64,000 nucleotides of DNA from Opitutia bacterium. Lineage in GTDB: Bacteria > Verrucomicrobiota > Verrucomicrobiia > Opitutales > T3Sed10-336. Numbering within the stretch: the first letter of the stretch is position 1; the number at the start of each line of letters is the position of its first letter. A model generated the notes under the pieces. It saw nothing but the letters and a program-made list of their open reading frames with translations. It had not been told where the DNA came from and did no database searches. The translations under genes and the position numbers were made by a program. Shown here one piece after another: positions 41,226 to 49,668 of this stretch. The stretch spans positions 32,001-96,000 of the forward strand of contig JBJHCF010000006.1 of assembly GCA_050506795.1 (NCBI GenBank), in the 5' to 3' direction.

Positions 41226-42881
41226 TCAATCAACCGGCGGTTCGTTGTCGCCATACGCCAGTTCGTGCAGGATGTGCCTTGCGCGGGAGCTTGCCACGTA
41301 GAGGTGCAAAGGGGAGCAGCCCGGCGCAGTCGGTTTTACCTCGCAAAGTATGACTGCGTCGGCTTCCAGTCCCTTGAAACGATGGAGGCTGCTGAAGCGT
41401 ACGGTATTCGGCGCGGGCGCGTCTTCGTGCCGGCGGAGGGACCAGTTTCCGAAGACCCGCTGTCGCCAGACGTCGCTGGTCTCGGGAAGCCGCGGCGAGA
41501 GGATGACCGTACGCTCCGGGTTGATCTGCCCTTCGTTCAGAAGGTTGTGCAGCGTCTTGCGGATGACTTCGAGCATCCCTTCGGTGTTCGGAGCGCTGGC
41601 TCGGACGACCTCCTCGCCTTCCGGCGCCTCGGGCCGCGTGGTCGCGCAGTTTGGGACGAGTTCCGACAGGCGCGCGGCGATCCGCCGGGTGTTGCGACAG
41701 TTGGTCCGCAACTCGCCGACCACCGCGTCCAGTTCGCCGCTGAGGTCTTCGGTTCCGTAAACCTTCTGATTCGGGTCGTACATGACCCAAACGCTGGAAT
41801 CCTCCCCCCGGCGCAAGTCGAAGACGGTGCTCCACCAGCCGAGCATGAAATCCTGGCCTTCGTCCACGATAACGTGATCCCATCGAGCCTCTGGAAGCCG
41901 CTTCAGCGCCTCATCGAGCAGGTATTGAGCCCCCTGTTCCCAGAAAATGCGGGACCGTTCGTTGTCGCCCGGCACCTGGAATTCGAGGTTCGCTGCATGG
42001 GCAAGTTCTTTACAAAGCTCGTGGAAGGAAGCCACACGTACGCCGTCGATCTGCTGTTTCAGGTAGTTGGCGAGCGGTTCGTTGTAACACAACAACAGCA
42101 CGTCGTCGCCGGCCTCTGAGAGTCTCCGGGCTCGTTCGAGGGCAATCATCGTCTTGCCGGTGCCGGCGCCGCCCCGAATCGCCACCCACTTGTTTGAGCC
42201 CATAAATTCGAGTATCCGGTATTGCTCTTCGGTCAGACGGACAAGCTCCGTGGCTTCCTCACCGAGCCTATCGGAAAGCCGGGGGACCAGGTTGAGCTTG
42301 GGGGCGATAGTCTTCTTGAAAGTTTCCGGATCCAAACGCGTCGCCCGTTCCACCGCGCCGACCGCGTCGAAAATACCGGATATCGCAGCCTCGACATTCC
42401 CGGCCTCCAAATCGCGAGCGTCAACGATCCTTTCCCGCGGCAACTCCGGAGTCCGGATTTCTCCCACATGCACGTCGGGAAAACAGACGGCCCAGCCGAA
42501 GAATGGGGCCCTTTCCCGGTAGGCGCAGTGCCCGCGCAGGAACCTGTCGACCGCGCGGCATTGGCCCTGCACCTGTTTGCCGGGGTCCTTGATCGGAAAA
42601 ACCTCGGCATTTTTACCGACCGACCGCCAGCCGTTTTCATCATGAAGGATGCCACCCCCCTTAACCTCGAGAACCAGGTAACCGCGATTTGGGTGGAAAA
42701 TGATGAAGTCAATTTCCTGCTCTTCGGGACGCTGATGATTTCGGTCGGAACGTGTGGTATTGATCCGCTGGCCGTGGAAGACAACGAAGTCCGCGGGCAA
42801 TCCGTCGCGGAGCGCGGCGAACACCTTCATCTCGGACCGCGGAATCCCCGGCGGAGGGTTTTGGGGAAAAATTTCAGCCAT
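41226..42881 (-). CDS. NERD nuclease + SF1 (UvrD-like) helicase
   Basis: EIDFII..LEVKGG (NERD), GGAGTGKT, VDEGQD, NCRNT, HRFKGLE, YVASSRA. Confidence 0.88.
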   Translation of the reverse strand: MAEIFPQNPPPGIPRSEMKVFAALRDGLPADFVVFHGQRINTTRSDRNHQRPEEQEIDFIIFHPNRGYLVLEVKGGGILHDENGWRSVGKNAEVFPIKDPGKQVQGQCRAVDRFLRGHCAYRERAPFFGWAVCFPDVHVGEIRTPELPRERIVDARDLEAGNVEAAISGIFDAVGAVERATRLDPETFKKTIAPKLNLVPRLSDRLGEEATELVRLTEEQYRILEFMGSNKWVAIRGGAGTGKTMIALERARRLSEAGDDVLLLCYNEPLANYLKQQIDGVRVASFHELCKELAHAANLEFQVPGDNERSRIFWEQGAQYLLDEALKRLPEARWDHVIVDEGQDFMLGWWSTVFDLRRGEDSSVWVMYDPNQKVYGTEDLSGELDAVVGELRTNCRNTRRIAARLSELVPNCATTRPEAPEGEEVVRASAPNTEGMLEVIRKTLHNLLNEGQINPERTVILSPRLPETSDVWRQRVFGNWSLRRHEDAPAPNTVRFSSLHRFKGLEADAVILCEVKPTAPGCSPLHLYVASSRARHILHELAYGDNEPPVD

Positions 42882-43291
42882 AACTTCCCTTACGAGGGCC
42901 TCACGGTCACAGAGTCGTGGCCCGAAGCCGAATTCAATTGAACGGCGGAACGCAATCCTTCAATCACGGATAAACTTGATGCGCAAGGATAAAGCCCTTC
43001 CGCTCCACAAAAGCGGAACGTGGCGACCTCCCGCACCCGGCACGTACTCCACGAACTCGCATACGGTGAGCAGTAAGCTACTACCGGCCTGATCAAGACT
43101 CTGATGCCGCAAGAACGCCCGATTTTCGCCCTCTAACAGATAACTCCTCGCTGCGCGTTCAAACTCATGCAGCTCTCCGCCTGCAACCAGATGGGTGGGG
43201 CGGTGTGTCGTTCGCACCGCGATCATGGGGAGAATAAAATCATCGAACATTGAGACGACTCTTGGTATTGCTGCCAAAAACCTGATCTCCC

Positions 43292-44218
43292 ATGGCGTAT
43301 TCCGATGACAAAGCTGCCTTCTGGCTCGGCAAACTCACGAAACTCAATCCCGCTTCCGGCCGACCGCCCTGCCATGGAAAGGCTCCGCACAAGCCGCTCC
43401 TCCTTCTGACCCTCCTCGACCTGGTGGAGGAGGGCGAATTTCCGTCCCGCACGTTCGCTCGGACGGCCGGGATGGTCCTCCGGTTTCGCAGTTACGGCTC
43501 CATCGTCGCCGATCGCTGGCCGACTCGGCTCGACCTGCGGATGCCGTTTTATTACCTTAAGAGTCAGGATTTCTGGACCGCCCACACCGCCGAAATGCGC
43601 CCGGCAACCTCGCCAGAATCATGTGTTCTTTGCGAGATGCATGAGGACCTCATTGAACTCCTCGCCGACCCCGAGTTTCGTCTCAAAGCGAGAATGGTTC
43701 TCGTATCAAAATACTTCGCCCGCGACGAACAGGCCGCTCTCTTCGAGATGCTCGGTCTGCACGGAACGGCCACCCGCGAGGGGAAAGCGAACCAACTCCT
43801 CAAGGAAGCCACAGAAACCGCCAAACGCAAAGGCCGCTGTGCCCGCTTCGCCGTCCAGGTGGTGAGCAAATACCAATTCACCTGCGCCCTCACCGGCTAC
43901 CGCTGCATCACCGCCGACGGCGCGGCCATCGTCGATGCCGCCCATATTGAGCCCTGGGCGAAAAACCAAAACGACGACCCGCAAAACGGAATCGCTCTTT
44001 GCAAGAACGCCCACTGGGCCTTTGACGAAGGCCTCTGGTCCGTCGGCGACGACTGGCGCGTGATCGTCGCTAAATACCGCTTAAGCGAAAGCGGTCCCGA
44101 GGCGCTGAAACTGGCTCCCTACGCCGGCCGCCTTCTTCAATTCGCCGAAGGCGCCAACCTGCGCCCCCGGATGGAGTTCTTCCTCGCTCACCGGCGGCAC
44201 CACGGCCTTGCGGGGTAG
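43292..44218 (+). CDS. HNH endonuclease with an N-terminal sulfur-binding-domain-like region (modification-dependent restriction candidate)
   Basis: APHKPLLLL, PFYYL....FW; CALTG, DAAHI.PW...ND..NGIALCKNAHWAFD.GL. Confidence 0.82.
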   Translation: MAYSDDKAAFWLGKLTKLNPASGRPPCHGKAPHKPLLLLTLLDLVEEGEFPSRTFARTAGMVLRFRSYGSIVADRWPTRLDLRMPFYYLKSQDFWTAHTAEMRPATSPESCVLCEMHEDLIELLADPEFRLKARMVLVSKYFARDEQAALFEMLGLHGTATREGKANQLLKEATETAKRKGRCARFAVQVVSKYQFTCALTGYRCITADGAAIVDAAHIEPWAKNQNDDPQNGIALCKNAHWAFDEGLWSVGDDWRVIVAKYRLSESGPEALKLAPYAGRLLQFAEGANLRPRMEFFLAHRRHHGLAG

Positions 44219-44272
44219 GAAACAATCAGCTGAACTTGAGTTCTCGCGTGAGTTCGTTAAGCGTGAAACATA

Positions 44273-44689
44273 GTGAAGGACTGGCTTACGAAGGAGATGC
44301 GCTCATGGAACATGAGCCGAATCAAGGGCAAGAATACCAAGCCCGAGATGATCGTTCGCTCACTCCTCCACCGCGCCGGTTATCGCTTCCGCCTCCACGA
44401 CCCAAAGCTTCCGGGAAAGCCGGACATCGTCCTGCCGAAATACAAGACGGTCATCTTCGTCCATGGGTGTTTCTGGCATCGTCACGAGGGATGCAGAAAT
44501 TGCACAACGCCAACGAATCGACGGGAGTTTTGGCTCAATAAGCTCAATGCGAACGCAGCACGGGACAAGCGACATCAAGAGGCATTGAGGCTTAAAGGGT
44601 GGAAGCCAGTGGTTGTCTGGGAATGTGAGGTTACAGGGGGGCAGGGGAACGAACGTGTCCTCAGGAAGCTGCAGAGGGTCCTGCAATAA
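44273..44689 (+). CDS. vsr: Very short patch repair endonuclease
   Basis: RSWNMSRIKGKNTKPE, LPGKPDIV, FVHGCFWHRH, VWECE. Confidence 0.95.
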   Translation: MKDWLTKEMRSWNMSRIKGKNTKPEMIVRSLLHRAGYRFRLHDPKLPGKPDIVLPKYKTVIFVHGCFWHRHEGCRNCTTPTNRREFWLNKLNANAARDKRHQEALRLKGWKPVVVWECEVTGGQGNERVLRKLQRVLQ

Positions 44690-44990
44690 CTTTCTAAACA
44701 GCAATCAGCCGGCTGAGGATGATTTCATAAGGGTAAAGCTCGCTGTCACTGATTTCGTCTAGCGCCGCGCGCCGTACCGCTTCGCGTCTCATAACCAAAA
44801 CCTGTTTTAGTCCAGTCTTCCATACTATCCGGGTGGAAGCCAGGATAAAGAAACGCCATCGAGAAGTAGGCTGATAAGAACTCGGTCTTGTTCAGGTTTT
44901 CTGGCCCCCTACGGAGTGCGGCTGTGAGATTATTAATGGCAACCTCGTCAGTTGCTGGGAGAAAGCGTTTCGCTTTCATTCCCACCCCTT

Positions 44991-46646
44991 TTAAGCGGAA
45001 CATTTCGGTTTGTCACTTGTAAAATCCTTCAGTGTTGTTTCCGGTCCAGCCTTTCGCGCATTATTTGATGCCACGGACAGTAAGGTTTTCATAACCGTTT
45101 TTCCGATTTGGAAGGCCAAATAAGGGGGGACGGCGTTGCCGACTTGCTTGTACTGTTCCGTCCGCGGTCCACAAAAAAGATAATCATCCGGAAAGGTCTG
45201 AAGTCTTGCGGCCTCCCGCACCGTCAAGCTCCTACATTGCGAAGGATCAGGGTGAATGAAGTAGTGACCATCCTTGTGAATATGAGACGTTATTGTGGTC
45301 GAGGGACGATTTTTGCATTGAACACGGAAACGGTCGTTGAAGATGCTTCCTCCATTGTTACGGATATTCTTATGCGCTGGGAGGAAAGGCGGCGGAAAAT
45401 CGGACAACTTTGGAGAAAGTCCTCTCACCTCAGCGAAAGCACTCGCGAAAAGGTAACGGTGAAGGTCGCTTGCCATATGTGAACGGGCTTCGTGATTCAG
45501 AAAGACAGGCATATGTTCGGCCTGCAGCCATTCCGCCAGTGCAGCCGGCTTCCTGCGCAGATCGCGCTTCATTCGGGGACTTCCATTGCACAAAACCGGT
45601 TTGGCACTGGAGAGTTCTGATCTGATCATGTCTCTAATGAAGACGTAGACATCATAACAATGGGTCGCAAGCCACCGGTTCCCGTCAGATCCCCTAAACT
45701 CACGAAGAATCTCTCTCCAGGTGAGACTATCTCCTCGAGAAACGCGGCTCTGAATTTGAGGGAGGTCTCGTATTACATCCCAAGCAGTAGGCGCTGTGCT
45801 AATCTTTTCCAGCCAAGCTATGCTTGGATTAAGATCCGCTCGAATCCCGATTATAAACAAGCGATGCCTTGCTTGAGGCACGCCTTGGTTTTCGGAGCAT
45901 ACGATAAAATCTTTGTCTTCGGCCTCGCTTGGGAAAAGAGTGGACTCACGACGTTCCCACAGAGGAACCAATCTGTATTCCAAGTCGCCTTTTCGACTTC
46001 CGCCTGGAAGGTCGGCCACAGCTCGCTGGGGAAGGCGCAAGTCCCGCTTGATTTCCTGAAAAATACCGGAGCCTCTCACAGTGGACGATAACAGACCACG
46101 TACATTCTCCATCACGAAGATTGACGGAGCGTGCGACGCTACGATTCTCAGATACTCTCGATAGAGAAAGTGGCGGTGATCGTCTTCAAAATCTGCCTTC
46201 GTTGACTTCATTCGCGCCCGTCCCACAAGAGAATACGCTTGGCAGGGGGGGCCACCTAACAAGACCCAATCTTCGGTTTCCTTGAGCGCCTCACAAATCC
46301 GGTCAGATACGGATCGCCGTGGCGTCACCCCCAGTTCGGCCCGCCAAGCCTCACATTTTGCCTCGGTCCAAAAGGGCTCGAACCGGGTAATCAGTTCATT
46401 GAGGCTCAAATCCCCGCTGTAAAAGGCGTTCAGGTAAAGGCGATTTCCGGATCTAATCAGTTTTCGCGCAAACGCGCGAAAAAGTAAGGTCTCGTGAGCA
46501 TATCGGTCTTTTTCGATCGACAATCTAATGTCAAAACCCGCGGCTGAAAAGCCCTCCGCTAATCCTCCCGGACCAGCAAATAGATCAATCGCAGCTATGC
46601 CTGGACTCAGGACACTCCCGTTGCGTTCCGATCTACGATGCACCAT
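44991..46646 (-). CDS. dcm: DNA (cytosine-5) methyltransferase
   Basis: DLFAGPGG, GGPPCQAYS, MENVRG, PQARHR, RSLTVREAARLQTFPD, QVGNAVP. Confidence 0.95.
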   Translation of the reverse strand: MVHRRSERNGSVLSPGIAAIDLFAGPGGLAEGFSAAGFDIRLSIEKDRYAHETLLFRAFARKLIRSGNRLYLNAFYSGDLSLNELITRFEPFWTEAKCEAWRAELGVTPRRSVSDRICEALKETEDWVLLGGPPCQAYSLVGRARMKSTKADFEDDHRHFLYREYLRIVASHAPSIFVMENVRGLLSSTVRGSGIFQEIKRDLRLPQRAVADLPGGSRKGDLEYRLVPLWERRESTLFPSEAEDKDFIVCSENQGVPQARHRLFIIGIRADLNPSIAWLEKISTAPTAWDVIRDLPQIQSRVSRGDSLTWREILREFRGSDGNRWLATHCYDVYVFIRDMIRSELSSAKPVLCNGSPRMKRDLRRKPAALAEWLQAEHMPVFLNHEARSHMASDLHRYLFASAFAEVRGLSPKLSDFPPPFLPAHKNIRNNGGSIFNDRFRVQCKNRPSTTITSHIHKDGHYFIHPDPSQCRSLTVREAARLQTFPDDYLFCGPRTEQYKQVGNAVPPYLAFQIGKTVMKTLLSVASNNARKAGPETTLKDFTSDKPKCSA

Positions 46647-48708
46647 TGTTAAAGAAGCCCTCCTCGATTGCTCGCTTTTCTGCCCTAACTAGTACGGCCG
46701 CCTGTTTCTCGGACAGCACTTTTTGAGGATTACACGCTATGCTTAGAATATTACTTTCCATTGGTGTAAGCTTGCGTTGAACATTGTTCCATTCAGACAG
46801 CTGGGCCCAATAGCCCGATCCCTTCTCGACGACATAGGTCTGAACGTGAATCCCGTCCTGAATGTTTTGCGTTCGAATGCCTTCCCTCTCTTGGATGGCA
46901 ACACTCTGGGGATCTGCTAAGAATTTGGCGATAGAAGAATTCAGTGGTAAAGGGTGATCCTTTACTTGGTCCCAGCAGATTTCGAGTTTCGCCCACTCAC
47001 TGATATTTGATTTCTTCAAATCCTCCGGAGGAGAATGCAGGAGGCCATTGACTGCCTCGGCGATCTGTAAAAGCTGGTCCTGTAGTGCGGGTGGCAGTTC
47101 CTGATCCTGCCAAATCTTCATAAAATCAATGCACTTCTTCTTGTTCCGAACCATACAAGTGAATTTGGCGAGTGTATATGTAACGATATTCGCCTTGTAG
47201 CCAGAGTACCAGGGCTGACTCAGAATTGCTTTGTCCAAACCCCTGAACAAGATTGCCTTGGCAATCGTGGTCTTGAACCAGTGTTCATTAAAGCTCGTTT
47301 CGTTCTTCTCCCATTCCTGTGCAATCCGTGAGACGAAACCCTTTACCCGAGGCCCACCCGCAAAGGCCTTTTGCGCTCCCAGGCTAACCACGTGCGGCTC
47401 TTCCTCAAACGATAGAACGAATTTAGCCAGATCCGTTTTTGTGAACATTTGGCTCCTCGGATTCTGTAGGAGGAAGCCTTTCTTCCGGGCGGGTGTAAGA
47501 TTCGCCTGCTGATTTGCATACTGACCACGGGCACGCTCGTAGAACCAGTGCGTCTCCTGAACCCCTCCCTCTCGCGATGGAGCCCATAGGCGCCGAGAAA
47601 ATTCCTCGATCCGTAAATGAAAGGGATGATTTGAGAAGAAATCAGCAGCGCTTACTTTGTTCTGAGTATTTGCGTACTCAGAAATACGGGGCACGATGTC
47701 GTTTACCCGATCTCCTGGGACTACCGACAATTTTACCTGGACGTAAACGTCCTTTAACTCGGCTGACTCCTTTCTGCGAGCGGTAAAAACCGATGCCGTT
47801 GTCTGGCCACCGTTGACAATCTGGAGATTCTTGATGCGGAGAATTCTGGAACCGTCTTTCGATAGCTGAACTTCCTCCGCTGTGGCAGATATTCCATTAT
47901 TGTAGGAAAAGAACATCTTTGGCTCCTGGATAATCGTGTTTCGAATGCCCTTGTTGACTTTGCCCCGGAACTGGAGAAACGTTCGCACATTTTGCTCCAG
48001 CAGGCGCTCTCCATAGGTTTCATAGAGGTCAGCAAGAGTCCCTCCCGGCAAGACGAGAAGGTACGATCTAATGTCATCTGCACCTGCAAATGCCGGGAGG
48101 CAGAGCAATCCATCCGGCACCACAGTCGTTAGATCGATTTCAACGTCCTCTCGCTCCCGCCCCGATGACTCCAATCGATAGATCCGGCTAAAATCCCACG
48201 CTTCATAAGCAGTCGGCAGTCCCCCCACCTTTTGATCTGGAAGTGCCTCAACGCGCGTGCTCAGCTGCGCATTGGATACTAAAACCAAAGTGATTCGCTT
48301 GATCTGGCCATGGGAGCCCGCGATGAGCCAAGCCAATTCTGTGACTGGCATGGCTTCATCCAGCGCCGTCGCGACTTCTACCTTACGACTTGCCTCATAA
48401 AAACGTGCCGCCCGCCTAAACGCGCCTTCAAGCTCGGTCTTTGTCAAGTTTTCGAGGGTGCCGCTCTCTCGAAAGTCGGCGACGATCAGCACCAGATTGC
48501 CCAACTCCTCGTCAAAAGCCCATGCGTCAATGGCATATCCGCGGGCGGTGTTCTTGTAATCTACCTGCGAATACCCATTGAACTCGCCCTGCTCTTCCAG
48601 AAAGGAGCACATGTAATCCACAAAAACGCTTCTTGAAAAATCCTTCTCTGAGCCTGCTCGGGCAAGAATGTCCTGGAAAAACTCTGTGTGAAACTCTTCA
48701 ATAGCCAT
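46633..48708 (-). CDS. AIPR family protein
   Basis: LLEQNVRTFLQ, FFSYNNGI, QIVNGGQTT, ANTQNKV, WFYERARGQY. Confidence 0.92.
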   Translation of the reverse strand: MAIEEFHTEFFQDILARAGSEKDFSRSVFVDYMCSFLEEQGEFNGYSQVDYKNTARGYAIDAWAFDEELGNLVLIVADFRESGTLENLTKTELEGAFRRAARFYEASRKVEVATALDEAMPVTELAWLIAGSHGQIKRITLVLVSNAQLSTRVEALPDQKVGGLPTAYEAWDFSRIYRLESSGREREDVEIDLTTVVPDGLLCLPAFAGADDIRSYLLVLPGGTLADLYETYGERLLEQNVRTFLQFRGKVNKGIRNTIIQEPKMFFSYNNGISATAEEVQLSKDGSRILRIKNLQIVNGGQTTASVFTARRKESAELKDVYVQVKLSVVPGDRVNDIVPRISEYANTQNKVSAADFFSNHPFHLRIEEFSRRLWAPSREGGVQETHWFYERARGQYANQQANLTPARKKGFLLQNPRSQMFTKTDLAKFVLSFEEEPHVVSLGAQKAFAGGPRVKGFVSRIAQEWEKNETSFNEHWFKTTIAKAILFRGLDKAILSQPWYSGYKANIVTYTLAKFTCMVRNKKKCIDFMKIWQDQELPPALQDQLLQIAEAVNGLLHSPPEDLKKSNISEWAKLEICWDQVKDHPLPLNSSIAKFLADPQSVAIQEREGIRTQNIQDGIHVQTYVVEKGSGYWAQLSEWNNVQRKLTPMESNILSIACNPQKVLSEKQAAVLVRAEKRAIEEGFFNNGAS

Positions 48709-48717
48709 CGTCTTCTC

Positions 48718-49668
48718 CTATAATTCAAGTTGTGCTTCAAAGGGAGCGCATGCTTCAATTCTAAGGTGATGAGCAACTTGTTCGACGCCTTCCGGAACGG
48801 CTGCATGCGCAATGCGGGGAAAGCCGTCGGTGATCCTGAAAGCTCGCATCGCGACCCTTTGAAACACGTGATCGTCGTATGAGTCGGATGGAACGTAGCC
48901 GGACAGAAACAGCAGGTCCTCAAATCGCTCCTGCGTCGCGTCGGAGCAGTTTCCAAGCTGACTCCGGATTGATTCAGTGAGTGAATTTAGGGTAAAAGCT
49001 CCATCGTTAGCGGGATCTGCGGTCGCCAGCGTGAACACAACCAGATATCCTTTAGGCAGTTGAGGATTCAACTGCTCAATTGAACCGATGCGCACAGTTG
49101 GCTTGGATGAGCCAGACTGGGACTTTACCTCGATTGCTGTGTCATGAACCGCAAAATCCTGCGGAGCGTCTTCCGGTCCCTTCCACGACAGAATTGCTTC
49201 ATCCCATCCGAACCTGGCTGCCACAGTATCCCGAAGGAAGAGCAATTCCCCAATCAGGCCTTTTATCTCCTCCAACGACAGAAGCCTGGGTCGGGCCCTT
49301 TTCAAAAACTCCTGCCATCGCCTTAGCCGACGAAGAATAATGGCCGTTCCCGCATCCTCATTTTGAATGACGGCCGTTGATCTGACCAAGTCTGCGCACA
49401 GGGTATGGAACAGCTCCCAGTTTGCTTTCTCATTCAGGAGTAAGACCAGTTTTCCCCTCACGTTTTCTACGGCGGTTCCAACAAGAATACCCGTAAGCTT
49501 GGGTAAAGCTTTCTGCGCCGGTAATGCTGCGCGCGGTACGTCAGCCAGAAACAGATAGCGACCCCGCGCATCCAATGCCCAATAGAGCTTTAAAGGGTGT
49601 TTTTCAGCCACCAAGCGAGCGTTGAATTCACTGGAAGGCTTTTCAATTTCTGCCCAGGGATTTCTCAT
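48718..49668 (-). CDS. PD-(D/E)XK motif protein (DUF4420-like)
   Basis: GLIGELLFL, W.GP....QDF...AIEVKS, I.SIEQL. Confidence 0.88.
   Translation of the reverse strand: MRNPWAEIEKPSSEFNARLVAEKHPLKLYWALDARGRYLFLADVPRAALPAQKALPKLTGILVGTAVENVRGKLVLLLNEKANWELFHTLCADLVRSTAVIQNEDAGTAIILRRLRRWQEFLKRARPRLLSLEEIKGLIGELLFLRDTVAARFGWDEAILSWKGPEDAPQDFAVHDTAIEVKSQSGSSKPTVRIGSIEQLNPQLPKGYLVVFTLATADPANDGAFTLNSLTESIRSQLGNCSDATQERFEDLLFLSGYVPSDSYDDHVFQRVAMRAFRITDGFPRIAHAAVPEGVEQVAHHLRIEACAPFEAQLEL

Noticed and set aside
44746..45003. 85-aa ORF overlapping the dcm stop as a sixth operon gene
   Set aside because: No recognisable motif; may be a truncated remnant.
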